Program-made: the position numbers and the translations under genes | In this document: one piece after another, positions 47,770 through 60,930 of the stretch | Position numbering within the stretch: the first letter of the stretch is position 1 | Layout of the letters: every line of letters begins with the position of its first letter | Source: Antechinus flavipes | Lineage: Eukaryota | Reading direction: 5' to 3' | Assembly (NCBI RefSeq): GCF_016432865.1 | Contig: NC_067401.1 | Location: 133,982,001 to 134,046,000, forward strand | DNA length: 64,000 nt | The notes under the pieces: generated by a model | Database searches by the model: none | What the model saw: the letters and a program-made list of their open reading frames with translations, nothing else | What the model was told of the DNA's origin: nothing

Positions 47770-49210
47770 ATTAATCAGTCAACATGTGATTTCTGTATGC
47801 CAGGAACTATGCTGAGCACTGGAGATACACGGAAAAAGAAAAGACTGTCATTGTCCTGAACGAGTTTATATTTTAATGAGGAAAACAACATGTTCTATAT
47901 AGGTATTTATGAGATACATACAAAGTAGAGGGAAGATCCCATAGAGGGGAAGTTGCTAGCCTCTGGGGGAACTGGGAAAGGCTTTCTGTGAAAGGGGTGT
48001 TTAGACCAAGTCTTGAAGGAAGCTCCACATATTGAGAGGCGGAGAGGAGAAGGAAGAGCATACCAGACATGGGAGAATAGCAGGTACAAAGGCATGGGAG
48101 ATGATGGCTCTTGTTTGAGGAGCTAGAGTATGGCTGAGTATATAGAGTATATAGAAGAAGTAATGTACAAGGAGAATGGAAAAAAGGAAAAGACCCACAG
48201 TCTGAAGAGCTCTGTGCCAAACAGAAGTATTTGCATTTGATCTTAGGGGCAATAAGAGCCACTAGTGTGGTGGGAGTGTGGAAGGAAGAAAGAATCAGTT
48301 TTGTTCTTTAGGAAAATCATTTTGGCAGCTTTATGTGGAGGATTGATGTATTGGAGTCTCTTCTTGAGATGGAGTGTTTAGGATGCTAATGTAATAGTCA
48401 AAGTGGGAGGTGATGAGGGAACTGAGATGCAGCTCTGTGAATTGGTAGAAGGGGATATATGTGTAAGAGACATGGAGAGAGAAAGGAGAACCTTAGCAAC
48501 TGATTCTATTTGTGGGTGAGAGTGTGTTGAAGAGGACACTGAGATTGTGAATTTGGGTTCCTGGATAGGTGGTGGTGCCATAGACAGAATAGGAGAGTTC
48601 AGAAGAGGTGTAGGCTTGAGGGGGCAAAGATAATGAATTATATTTTAGATATGGCAAGTTAAGCTTCAGGACCAGTCCTCAGATCTGCATAGAGGTGGTA
48701 ATTGAACTCATGGGAGTTGATGAGATCCCCAAGTCATAGAGTACAGAGGGAAAAGAGAAGAGAGCTCAGGATTGAACCTCAAAGCATACCAGTTAGTGTG
48801 GTGACATAGATGAAGAACCAACAAGGAGAATGAGAAGTGGTCTGATAATCTAGAGATGAAAAAACTATCCAGAGGAGGTGGTTATCAATAATGTCAAATG
48901 CTTCAAGAAAAGTCAGAGAAAGGTTAAGTGGCCATTAGATTTGGCTAGTTGAGATCTTTGGTAACTTTGAAAAGAGCCTTTTCAGTTGAATGATGAGATG
49001 AAAGCCAGGTCACTGAGAATTTGTTTAGAAGAGAGTAAGAGAGGAGAGCCAGTGCACATACTGAATGTAGATGGCTTTTTCAAGGAGTTTAACTGAAAAG
49101 GAAAAGACTCTTAAAATCATAGCTGGCAGAAATTATTGGATCAAATAAGGGTCGAATTTTTTTTTAAGGACTCAAGAAACTTATATGTGTTTTGTAAGCA
49201 GCAGGGATGG
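47770..49210 (-). mobile_element. Degraded L2 in ORMDL3 intron 1
   Basis: L2-like 3' end (ATGCCAGGAACTATGCTGAGCACTGGAGATAC) and purine-rich RT remnants. Boundaries are approximate. Confidence 0.6.
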
Positions 49211-52167
49211 AGTTAGTAGGGAGAGAAGGAAGATTGGAGAGAACAAGGAATGTCAAAAAGGGGGATAATTTCAGATGGTTATGTAAAAAACTTGGCTGGG
49301 GCCAAGTAAAGGAGGATGATGGTAGTCTTTATATGGGTCCTGAGGGCTTGGGCTCAGGAATGATTCTTGGACCCATCTTAAAGAATCCTGGGAGCTGCTG
49401 ATATTCCTGTCATTTCCTATGGGGGTGTGAGTATTTTTGTGGACTTGTGGTATTATTGGAGTCCTAGAGTAGTCTGTGTCCTCTTTCTCATTGTCATTAG
49501 AACTTGATGGCTCCTTCCTTCCCAATAACTGAAGGAGGCTTCATTTTATTCTCCATAATATTTGGGGTCCCAGGATCACACAGCCCTAAGGACTAGATAG
49601 TAGATGGATCACAGTCAGAACTCTAAGGGTAACAGGAATTAGGGAGTCCCCAGGTATTGGTTCTTATGAATCAAACTGCCCAGAAGTACCTTGTCTGGGG
49701 AATAACACACGCCTTCACCTCGGTTCCATCCTCTTATTCCCAGGCCTGGGCCAGTAAACAACTGAGCTACCTAGAGTTTCCTAGCTTCTTGTGTTCTTGT
49801 TTGGCTTAATTATCAGGTTTAATAGGCTGTAGTGATTAATCCCACTGGAAACTTAACCTATCTAAGTTTCACTCTGGGGCAAGATTTCCTTGGACTTTGT
49901 AACCCTATGTGGATTTGTGTTTGTTACAGAGAATGAAGGTTTCTCTTGAGATCTTAAAGCCTTAAGCCTGGGAAAGTGAGTTATGTGTAGGGAGAAGGTT
50001 TGCCTTAGATGTCTTAGGAAATTTAGAGACTGGGACCAAGCTATCTGGCTCCTGATGTTGTGGGAACTCTAGGCAAAAGTGGCCTATTTCCTAGAACTGA
50101 TCCGTTTATTTGGATGAGGAAATAGGACGAGTTCACTCTTAGACTTGTATGGTTGGGGTGATGTTTTTTGGTGGCACCTTCCTCATCTCCTTATGTCCTC
50201 AAGAGATATGAGACCATTGCTTTAGGGAAAAGCCTTGTGTGGTCTCTTCAGGCACCCCTAAGATCTTAAATGGGTCATGCTGTCAGGGCCTCTCTTCCTG
50301 AGCAATCGGTAAAAGCTCCTCTAGTTGGAGGGGAGATAGTATCTGCTTCCCTCCTTGACCAGAATGCTAGAGTCATCAGGGAAACAAGAATAGCTAAATT
50401 GGGGACAAGAGAGCTTCCCCTGGAGACTTTGTCAAACAGAAAACAGATGACAGGTTCTTTGAGGTGAATTAGGGTCTGTGAGAAAAGGGTCAGGGTAATG
50501 GAAGAAGTTCCCCAGTTGAGAACTGGCAAAGAGTAGGACCTGAAGGGAAGTATGTTGCAGAGTCCTGGCACAGGGTGGAGCGCTCCGAGTAAGACCAAAG
50601 GGAAGATTGAAGCCCATAGACCAGAGTTAGGAGGTGCTCATAGAGGGGCACAGGCTAGGAAAGTCACCTCAGTTACATATGTGTGCCTCACTGATCCCAT
50701 GCCTAATACTTCTTTAAACATGTGTAAACAAAAACTTCTATTTTTTTTTTTTAAAGAGGGTCTTCCTTTTGTTCTTGGCTCTTAACCCCTTAACCTTGGC
50801 TTAAGGAAGTAAGCTGCCTGCCCACTTCTGAATGCATTGACTCTTGATTTTTTCCAATTCCTGTACCTGGGAATGAATGGCCTGGATAGTGGGAGAGCTT
50901 GTTGGGCTTTCACAAGTGGGCTTTCACTAATGGTGAAAAGATGCTACCTCCTTCTGACAGGGGTGGTAGCAGAAAAGGGGGGAAGTAGCACAGAGGTACG
51001 GCTTTGTGTTCTTGACTTGGGCTGGCTCTGGGTACAGAAAAAAATTTGGTGGATACTGGCCAGGAAGCTCCCTTTCTTTTGGGTTTGGGATCAGGAAGGT
51101 TGGCAGCAATAATGAGGGAATGGTGCCTGTCTGAGGCTTGGCCCCAGGGTCGGTGGCATCCAGAGAACTTCTTTAAAGGGAGACTGGCACATCTAGGTGG
51201 GCTGCCCAGTACCTCTCCCCATCTGGGAGCCCATGGGGTGGAGAGGCAGCTGCAGAAATTGTCTTTGCTTGCTGATCTCTTAATCCAATGCTGACCTTTT
51301 GTGGTAGGAGCAGCCTGCATTTATCAGTTTGGGGAATGGCTTGTGGAGAAGGGACACTGCTGCCGCTGCTGCTGCTGGCCCTTACATGGTCCCATCCTCT
51401 CCCTCTTCCTTCTGATCCTGTATCCCCTGAGGTGGGAGTTGGGACGGGGAAGAAAAGAAAGGAGGCTCAGGCTGTTGCTGAGATATTGGGGCAACCTTGA
51501 AATTGGGGTTCCTGTTGTGCTGCCATCAGAGGTGGGGATTAGAGGAAAAGGGAAGGTTATTTAAGAGTGTCCTTGGCCCTCTGCTAAGGGTAATTGCTTT
51601 TCCTTCTGTGGTTTTTGAAGGAAAGGATTATTTCCATTGTGATTTGGGGGGGAAGGGGCTACAACAACTACCGGGGATAGGTTTTCCTTTGTAGGTTCCT
51701 GCTGAATTCTATTCCAGATTCCTCTTCTGCCTGTGGGGAGAGATCAGAGGACCTGGGAATGACACTTCCAGCTGCTTCCGGCTCCCTTATTTCCCAGAGG
51801 ACTTGTTCCAGTGGGGGTGGGGGGCAAGGCTGAGTGGAAGCAATGTTTATCTCTACCTTGCATGCAGTATGAAATATTGAGCCAAGTCCATATTGATTGT
51901 CTCTCCTGTTCCCTCTTCAGGCTTAGAAACTAACTGGATAAGAGAAGGGGGCCTTTAGATAGGGGCAGGGAAGAACCTTTTCTGCTACCTTTTTGGGGGG
52001 AGAATCTGGATCTATGGGGAATAGAAGGCAGAGTATTCCAGCCTCCTGCATCTCCTCCGGAGAAATTGAATCTTGTGCTGGGTGAGCCCAGAGCAAATGT
52101 TTGAGCCTGTGTCAACCTCCAAACCCCTGTGTACTGGTTTCAGAGCGGCGGCCCCAGGGGCAGCAAG

Positions 52168-52341
52168 ATGAATGTGGGCACGGCGCACAGTGAGGTCAAC
52201 CCCAATACAAGGGTGATGAACAGTCGAGGCATCTGGCTCTCGTACGTGCTGGCCATCGGGCTCCTCCACGTTGTGCTGCTCAGTATCCCTTTTGTCAGTG
52301 TCCCAGTCGTCTGGACCCTCACCAACCTCATCCACAACATG
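52168..52341 (+). CDS. ORMDL3: ORM1-like protein 3, coding exon 1
   Basis: [34 protein letters not shown]...; acceptor at 52141-52143, GTGAGG donor; 174 nt. Confidence 0.97.
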
Positions 52342-53260
52342 GTGAGGATCCTTCCTATGTCCTAGTTCTTAGTTCCTGACTATACTAGTTGTACTCCTAG
52401 CCTGGCTCAGGTGTGGTGATTGTTCCAGACATGCAGGTGTTCTGGTTGACTGTCATAGGGACAACCCGAGGTATTTTTTTATTTACTGCTAGACAAATGA
52501 CGGAGTTCTGATTTGAGTCTTAGGGTAGTTGAAGTCATCTCATCTCCTTATTTTTACATATCCTCCCCCTGTACAGCTGTATAAATTCCCAGAAGAGATT
52601 TTTGATTAAAAACAAGTAAATAGGGATGATGACACAGGATAAGAAAGACACTGAAGGCTTAGCCCAGGATCAGGAAGAATGTCTGTAACCCAGGAATCCC
52701 AAACTCTTGGCCCTATGTTGATCCCTTTCCTCCCATTGCTTTTTATTCAATTGTTTTCTTGGACTGGAATCTGTGTTTGTTCTCCCTTATTGATTCCCTA
52801 TTTTCTGACCATCCCCTACAGCCTAAATCAGTAAACCAGATTTAATTTGGTATTATCTTTAGGGAGCTTAGCTCTCTGCTCATTTTTAAAGAGACGAGGG
52901 ACAGGAACCCAACTTTCCTTGATATCACCTGTGAGAAGATGCTCCTTAGCCATCATCAGGGAGTCCAGGGCCAGGCCATCTTCATTGGGCCTCCTGAGTT
53001 TCTGCTGCTCCCCTCTCCCCTGGTATTCTTTGACTTGGGCCTTGACTCCACTCCCCTGCCCCTTTATCTAGCCATGGAGTCATCTTCTGGGTTCTAATTT
53101 TTCCTCATTGCTCATCTGTCAGGGCATACAGTCTTTGCTGCTTGGTCATAGCCCTCATCTCTGCACTGGCAGAACTGAGCTCCTAATCCCATGGCCTTCT
53201 TCCAGATTGTGTGTGTCACTCTCTGCGGGATCTCTCTGATACAAGTCCCCTTCCTTCCAG

Positions 53261-53412
53261 GGCATGTACATCTTTCTACATACAGTCAAAGGAACACCCT
53301 TTGAGACTCCTGACCAGGGGAAGGCACGGCTGCTTACTCACTGGGAACAGATGGACTATGGGGTACAGTTCACAGCCTCCCGCAAGTTCCTGACCATCAC
53401 ACCGATTGTGCT
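53261..53412 (+). CDS. ORMDL3: ORMDL3 coding exon 2
   Basis: [51 protein letters not shown]; 152 nt with canonical AG/GT sites. Confidence 0.97.
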
Positions 53413-53834
53413 GTGAGTTCCAGGGATGGGTGCTTCATGTTACCTTAGACATGGCCAGGGTTATTCTTCTGAATAGAAAAATGGAATAGAGGCACTCTAG
53501 GACCTGACATGGCATAGTGCCTTTTCCCTCCTGCTGCTTTAGCTCTGTAATAGGCCTTGGGAGAAAAATGGAGGGACTGGCAGAGGCTTTATGTCCCTGG
53601 AGGAGGGCTCTCTGTTTTCTGTGCCTTAACCATTGACTCTTATGAGATCAATTTATGAGCCAAGAGGAGGTGAGAGGGTAATATGTAGAAGGGACAGTGT
53701 ACTTTAAGGGGCCCCCAATAAACACCAGGGAGCTGAAGGTGTTGTCCTTCCTCCTCAGTAACAATTCAGAAATCCAATCACCTTTTGTGCGGTCATGTCA
53801 AGAACTTATACCTCTCATTCTTTTTCCCAATTAG

Positions 53835-53970
53835 GTATTTCCTAACCAGCTTCTATACAAAGTACGACCAGCTCCACTTCATCCTCAACACAGTGTCTCT
53901 GATGAGTGTGCTGATTCCCAAGCTGCCTCAGCTCCATGGTGTCCGGATTTTTGGGATTAATAAGTACTGA
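53835..53970 (+). CDS. ORMDL3: ORMDL3 coding exon 3
   Basis: [44 protein letters not shown]-stop; total CDS 462 nt = 153 aa. Confidence 0.97.
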
Positions 53971-54221
53971 GGGCCAAGCTCTCTCCTTGCCCTGCCCTAG
54001 GGGAATCTGAGAAGATGAAGGGGGCCTCCATGCAGGTGCCCAGAGACTGGTGTTGAGCCTGTGGGCCTAGTTAAAGCTCTCCCTTCCCCTTATTCCCCCA
54101 CCCTGCCCCCTGTAGTCAAAACAGAGTAGCCTTTAGTGGGATTAGAGAGGGGGGGTTCTCCCCGTTCCCCCCCTCTCTCAGTGGCTTTGCCCCCTTTTTG
54201 ATTTTTCCCATATGGATAAAG

Positions 54222-54227
54222 AATAAA
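54222..54227 (+). terminator. Possible ORMDL3 proximal poly(A) signal
   Basis: AATAAA 250 nt after the stop, with a GT-rich segment downstream. Confidence 0.35.
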
Positions 54228-54443
54228 TGTGAGAGGGGTTGTGTGGTACTTCAGTGGGCCCACCTACTAGGGCTGAGGAGGGACAGAGGATGTTGGTAAA
54301 CTCCATCATTCACTGTAACTCTGGCCAATGCACTTTAACCCCCTCCCTCCCCCCAAGCAGGGAGGGGCAGAGGGAATGGTACAGCCTCTAGATTATATTT
54401 CACTTTATCAATTCTCTTGGTTGACACTCAGAGAGAGTGAGAA

Positions 54444-54511
54444 TGTGTGTGTGTGTGTGTGTGTGTATGTGTGTGTGAGTGTGAGAGAGAGAAAGAGAGA
54501 GAGAGAGAGAC
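54444..54511. repeat. Compound (TG)n(AG)n microsatellite in the ORMDL3 3'UTR
   Basis: Read directly from the sequence. Confidence 0.93.
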
Positions 54512-55552
54512 ACTTATGAGTCAGTGCATGCGATTCTACCTTTCAGGACAGAATGTCTGTCTATCCACCAAGTCAAATCCATTAGGTACACAAAAGATCA
54601 AGGAAAAGTTATTTAGGCATTTGGGAATGGAAAAGGTACTGTGTGAGTGGGGAAGGAATCAGGGGTAGCTTAGTCTTCCAAAGGCTCTGGCTTATCCTAG
54701 CCCAGTGAGGTTGGGGGTTGTGTGTGTGTGGAGAGAGGTCAGGATGGTGATGCTGGAGGGGAGCTAAAAGAAGGTTACAGATGGAGGCTCCTTTTCTTGG
54801 TTCTTGAGCCAGTTTCTAGGGGAGAAGGCACAGAGAACTCAGATTGGTGTCTGGGGCTGTAATGTTGAGGCAAAGGGACAGGTGAGCCCTCAGCAGGAGC
54901 GGTGTGGTCTGATGAGGGACCCAGGGGGTGGGGGGTGGGTAGGAAGCCCACAGAAGCCACTCTGCACTGACTTGAAATACAGCAACTGCCTTTGGAATTG
55001 GGTGGGGAAAGAGAGGCCCCAGCGTGGCCTCTGATTCTAGTAGAAGTCCTCCCCTTTGTCAGCTTCCCTTCCTCCCCTCCCTGCTTGCATCGTTTGGCTG
55101 GACCCCAGGTCCTCATGGGCTCACAGAGTGCAGGCACGAGCGTGGTGCTTTGTTGGTGTGGGTTGATCAACCCCTTCTTTTTCCTGCTCTTGAGAGCATC
55201 ATTTGGAGCTGGCACTCTTTGGGTGGGTATGGCCTGCCGCCCTAGAGCTTTTCTTCTTGGTAGCTAGGCCACTGAGAGGAGCCAAGAGGTGGGGCTCAGG
55301 AGGGGATGTGGGGAGAGTGAGCAAGCCGGGGTGTGCTTGTGCTCGAGATCCTGTGTGCTTGAGACACCTTCTGGTCCCTCCACAAAGTGTGAGGGAAGAG
55401 GGCTGGTCACTGCGCCTTGTCCTCTGCCTCTTGTGCCCCCTCCCTCACAACCCTCATCCTATGTATTATAGAGAACTTTCAGCTCAAATCCTTTCTAAGA
55501 CAGTGTGAATAGGATTTTTACTCCCTCTTTGTACAGTATTCTGAAAGAAGCA

Positions 55553-55558
55553 AATAAA
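55553..55558 (+). terminator. Probable ORMDL3 distal poly(A) signal
   Basis: AATAAA followed by a GT/T-rich tract; gives a ~1.6 kb 3'UTR. Confidence 0.65.
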
Positions 55559-57799
55559 AGGCAGTGTGTTCCTGTCCTCCCCTTGTTTGGTCTCTGTTCT
55601 GTTAATGGGAGATTGGGCTTCAGGCTGGGGTTTGGGGGGAGCATGACCCCTAAATTGCAACCTCTCACCACCTAGAAGATGCTTAGCCTAGACCTCCACG
55701 GGGATTGCAGTTTCCTTCTTTAGCTGTCTCAGTCCTGGGCAGTGCCAGCACCAGCTGAGGTGGCCCTCCTCTCAAGGGCAAACCCAGGAGCTCGCTGAGG
55801 GCAGAGTTCTCAGACCAGGTGGTGTCTGTCTGTCCCTGCTGGCTCCACTCCACTGGAGAACGTACTCGGGAGACCATCTCTTGGGGGAGGGGGGAGGAGA
55901 GGTCAGTGAGCTGACATATGGAGATGCTGCCCTCTCCACAGTCCAGACTCCACTTTCACTGTGACAACTCTCAACAAGCTGCACGGTTTTGTTTTTGAGA
56001 ATGAAAAGAGAAGTGTGACTCCCTCCTTCTGGAGGCTGGTATGGGTGGTCAATGGGAACGAGTGACCAGCAGTTCAGGTGGGTCTGTCTTTTGCCCGGTT
56101 GGCTTTTCTGGCCTCCTTTCAGGGTCATTGTCCTCTTAGCTCCCTTTGCCTGTGTCTATACCACAATGACCTGGAGGAGGGCCAGTGTGACCATAAAGAG
56201 GGTCTTCCCATAAACAGAGCTATGTGATCAGGTCTCTGCAAGACCGAACACCTGGAGCTGTCCATGCTCCGCTGCAGTGTCTGGCCCTGTCTGTGTGGCT
56301 GAGCTCTCCTTCTGGCCTATCCATGTCGCCCTACCCCAACCCCTCTCCTAGCCTCCATCCCCTCCCTCTCTTCCTGCTTTCTCTCTCCCCCCTCAGGGAT
56401 TGCCTTCCTTCCTCTCTGATTTCCTCTTCCAAGCAGATCCTCCACCCTTGTGATTGCCACATTGCTACTCCCCTTTTACCTTGGTCTTCTGCTGACCTGT
56501 GTGTTTCATTTAATATTCCAGCCATCAGATTTCATTGCTTCAGCTACCTCATCTGACCCCCTTTCACTTCTACCTCAGTCCAAATGGACCAGAACTTCTT
56601 CCCCGGCTTCCTTAGACCAAGAAAAAGGCCAGTGATGACATTCAGATCCATATCCCCTTGGGTTGGGGGGGGGGAGGGAGGGTTTGAATAATTATTTGAA
56701 CTTGACAATCATCAAGAAACAACCACTTCCTTATACAAAGACTAGAAAAAGGATTACACTTAGGACTGATAAATTATGGCTTGCCTTTAAAAAAAAGTTT
56801 GTATTTGTGTATATGTAAATGTACATATAAAGTTCAACATTTTAGTTTCATTACTGTCTTCTTTATCTTTTTTCCTGAACCTTCTGTTTTCTTTTGTGTA
56901 CTTAAAAAATGTTTCAACGAGCTGCCTTTCTTCCTTATTTTTGTCATCACTGTGAATAGTTTCACTCTTCTCTCCTCCATTAAAAACAACAAACAGTCCT
57001 TGTATGACAAATAATCATAGTCAAGCAGAACAGGTTCACATATTGGCCATGTCCAAAAATGTATGTATCACTCTCCTCCATTCTCCTACCTCTCTGGTAG
57101 TTTACTACCAGTTATTGGATAGTGTACTCCATTCATAAGTCCTCTGGAGTCCCAGGTGGTAAATGCTTTTACAAGAATTCTTGTTTTACAGTTCTACTTT
57201 TCTTTACAACAACCTAGTTACTGATAGAAATTGTTCTGTTTCTGCTCACTTCACTCCACATTAGATAATAGATATCTCTCCAAGTTTCTCTGGATCCCTT
57301 TGCATGCAATAATCCCTAACATCATTTATTCATTCATTTCCCAATTAATGGACATCCATTTTGTACCAGATTCCACAAATGAATCATTTGTATTTGATGG
57401 CAACATTTGTTGCCATAAATATTGTGCCCTTTTATCTTCTTTTTTGGGTGTCTTTAGTGTATTAACCTCATGGTGTCCCTTTGAGTTTAAAGACTGAGAT
57501 AAGCCTGGATCCCTGCCCAAGTTACTTCTGCTCATACCCAACAGCTATTTTAACTTTTAAAAAAGACCATAAACTGAATTAAAATCTATATACAAAATAA
57601 GGAATAGGGTCATTATGAAACCATTAACTTACTCATTTTAACAAAGGAACAGATTAATAATCAATAAACACTATGTTTACTTTTGTCCCCTTCCCTTCTT
57701 CCTGGAGCTCCCTTACCTAACACTTAATTTTATCTATTTTTGTTCTGGTTCAGTGTCACTTTCTCAAGTCCTTTCCATGTTTTGTACTTTGTATTTATC

Positions 57800-58310
57800 A
57801 TTTTGTAGTAAAGTAATTATCTGTTATGTTCACATAATAGTATTGATTCAGCCATTTTCTTTTTTTATAGCATTTTATTTTTCTAAATACATGGAAAGAT
57901 AATTTTGGACATTCATTTTTGTAAAACCTTGCATTGCAAAATTTTCTCCCTCTTTTTCTCCCTTTCCCTTCCCAAGACAGCAAAAATCTAATATAGGTTA
58001 AATGTGCAATTCTTCTAAACATATTTTTATACCCATACTATGAAAGAAAAATAAGATCAAAAGGGAAAAAAAAAAAAAACAGGAGAAAGGGGAAAAAAAA
58101 ACCAAGCAAACAACAATAAAAAGGTGAAAATAGGATGCTCCAATCCTCATTCAGTCTCCATAGTCCTTTCTCTGGATGTGGATGGCACTTTCCATCACAA
58201 GTCTATTGGAATTGGCCTGAATCATTTCAATATTGAAAAGAGCAAAGTTGATTATTACATAATCGCAGTTGATTATTACATAATCTTGTTACTATGTACA
58301 ATGTTCTCTT
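57800..58310 (-). mobile_element. Older L1 3' fragment
   Basis: L1 3'UTR-like text (CCTTGCATTGCAAAATTTTCTCCCTC...). Confidence 0.65.
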
Positions 58311-59430
58311 GGACCCTCTTTCTACCCCCACTCCCACCCCCCACCATCACAAATAAAACAGAAAAATTTCCAAATGTATTACAAATAAAGTAACAAAATA
58401 AATCAGTTTTACAAAAGTTCTTTTTTCATTTTCATGATATATTTAGACTTTGGAAGTTGATCCCAAGCCAAAAGTCTTCCTGCTCCACCCAGCTAATGGA
58501 GGTGGAGCTTTATTTTACCAATTGATAACCCAAGAGACTTCATTTGTCTTTCTGGTCCTCGTGGAGACAATACTGGCCAGGATCCATTCTGGGCTTTTCG
58601 GAGTAAACATATTTCTGAAGTACCACAATTGCTGAGTAGCAGTCCACTGGTAAGCTCTTGAGGGATGGTGGAATGCAGGGAGGGAATATTAGTGGGTTCA
58701 GGAATCTACCATCTGGGCCCCTCATTTGGAACTGTTAACATGCTTCCTGGTATCCTTGGGGTCATGGAATTAGGGAAACATCCCAGTGATGCTCAGAAAT
58801 TTGACTGGAGCAGATACAAATGGGAAGGGAGATATTGGAAGTGACTTTGGGATAGCTCACGAGAATGAGCTAAGGATGCAAGGAGAAAAGTCCAATTTTG
58901 GATTGTTCAGATGCCCAGGAGAAGGGGGTGACTAATTAGGCAAACATTTTTACAATACCTTACATATTTTGTATAAATGATTTGCCCACATTTACAACTA
59001 CTAAGCATCCAAGGGAAGTTTCAAACCTAGGGCTCACCTGACTCTCAAATCCAACCTTCTCCCCTCCACATCTCATTGAGCAGTAGGCATTGGAAGCCTG
59101 TTGCAGGTTTTGGAAGGTGGCCCAGAGGAAGCAGGATTCAGGGAATCAGGAGCCCTGTAGGGCAGCATAAGAATCAAGGGTAGACTAACTGAATAGAAGG
59201 AAAGAGTCCAAGAAAGGGAGAGAATGCCAAATGCCCTAAGGGGAAGATATCCTGGAGAGCCAGAAAGACAGGGATAGCTGAGAAGAGCTGTGTTTTGAAT
59301 TTCTTTTTATTTTATAATTGAACAAGCGGACATTTTCTTAAACTCAGAGACTTTGTAAACTTTGACCTTTAGAAATAGGAGAAAAAAAATCTCCATTCCT
59401 AGCTTCCTGCTTTTTTTTTTCCTTGCCATC

Positions 59431-59446
59431 CTTTCACTTTCTTTTC
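59431..59446 (-). promoter_or_regulatory. IRF/ISRE-like element upstream of the GSDMB-like ATG
   Basis: Minus strand GAAAAGAAAGTGAAAG contains GAAAGTGAAAG. Confidence 0.4.
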
Positions 59447-59845
59447 AAAAACTACTTTTATTATCATCTCTGCGGTAATGGATGGCCAAACATTGGCCAA
59501 ATATTCCACAGGGGCCTGTAATACAAATTGGGAAGGGGAGGGGAAATAAAGCATTTATATAGGGCCTATTGCCCCCCAAGTACAGTATAATCTCATTTGA
59601 TCCTTGAGACAACCCTGTATTGTTATTATTCTCATTTTACAGTTGAGGAAACAGGCAAACAGGATTAAGTAACTTACCCAGAGTCACACAGCTAGTAAAT
59701 GTCTGAGGCTGGATTTGAACTCAGGCCTTTCTGACAGCCGGCCTAGCACTCCTAGCTCTTGGGGACATTTTTCTCCGGCAGTGCTGTTGCCCTGAAGCTG
59801 GTGTCCTCCAACACTCTCTATTCCCCAACAGTTCCCTCGCAGACA

Positions 59846-60074
59846 ATGCCTTCCATATTTAAGATGGTCACTGGAAAAGTGGTCAGTGAATTCACTGAGA
59901 ATGGAGACCTAATTCCCATTAGGAACCTCATTGATGCTGACAAATTCCACTGTTGCTCTCTGGTGTGCAAAAAAAAGAGCTTTTTCCCTTTCTTTAAACC
60001 TCACTACTGGAAGACAGGGCTTACTGTGGATGATCTTCTGGAGGCCTCTGATGAGCTGGACTGTGTCTTCACAG
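59846..60074 (+). CDS. GSDMB: Gasdermin B-like, first coding exon (MPSIFKMVTGKVVSEF...IDADKFHCCSLV...HYWKTGLTVDDLLEASDELD)
   Basis: DADKF, HYxxTGLT and DELD match human GSDMB. cgcag acceptor, GTCAGT donor, 229 nt. Lies downstream of ORMDL3 on the same strand, as human GSDMB does. Confidence 0.85.
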
Positions 60075-60729
60075 GTCAGTATGATGGGATGGGATGTTGA
60101 GACCAATCATCTGAGCTGAGAGCTGTGTGCTTGGCAAGGGTCTAAGACAAAAGTGAGATAGTCCCTACTTCTCCTGGGGGATGCAATATGTAAACATAAA
60201 GACATATAAAATATCCACAAAGAAATTAGTTGGGGAGAAGGGACACTAGTAAGAGGATTAGAAAAGACCTATAGAAAGTAGGATTTGAGATGAATCTTAA
60301 AGAAAACCAGGGATTCTGAAAGACAAAGGGAAAGAGAAGGTGCACTACAGGGAGGGGAAACAGCCAGTGGAAAGGCATGGAGTTGAGACAAAAGAAGACA
60401 AATGGAGAAGAGCATTCATGGGCCAAGAATTATGGCATGTGTATATTTTGATTTGAGAAAAATCACTATATGAAAATCCAAGCTCTTCCCCAAATCTGAG
60501 TTGGAAATAATAATCATAGCCAACATTTCTATGGTACTTATGACATATTCTAATAAGCACTTCAATTATTCAATTCAATTCAATATTCAATTATAATTTG
60601 ATTCTCACAACAACTCTGGGAAGTAGATGCAATTTAAAAAGATGATTTTAGAAAAGGATTTCGAATTCCACCTGAACCTAAAAATCAATACTTGAACAAC
60701 CCTGACATGTGATTAGGTAGTCTCTACTT

Positions 60730-60930
60730 CAGTAGTTCTCAAACTTTTGTTTTCAGTATCTTTATCCTATTAAAAATTATTGAGGATCTCTCCAAAGCGT
60801 TTTTGTTTATCTGGGTTATATTTATAGAATTTACAATATTGGAAATAAAAACTATTTTTGAATTTGTAGACCCTCTAAAAGGGTTTCAGAGATCCCCAGC
60901 AGTCTCTAGACCATACTTTGAGAACCACTG
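60730..60930. mobile_element. Complete 201-bp hAT-Charlie MITE
   Basis: TIRs CAGTAGTTCTCAAA / TTTGAGAACCACTG and a perfect 8-bp TSD CTCTACTT on both sides. Confidence 0.92.

Noticed and set aside
58250-58290. 21-bp direct duplication GTTGATTATTACATAATC (similar small duplications at ~17101 and ~38765)
   Set aside because: Simple slippage duplications, the first inside an old L1, with no functional indication.
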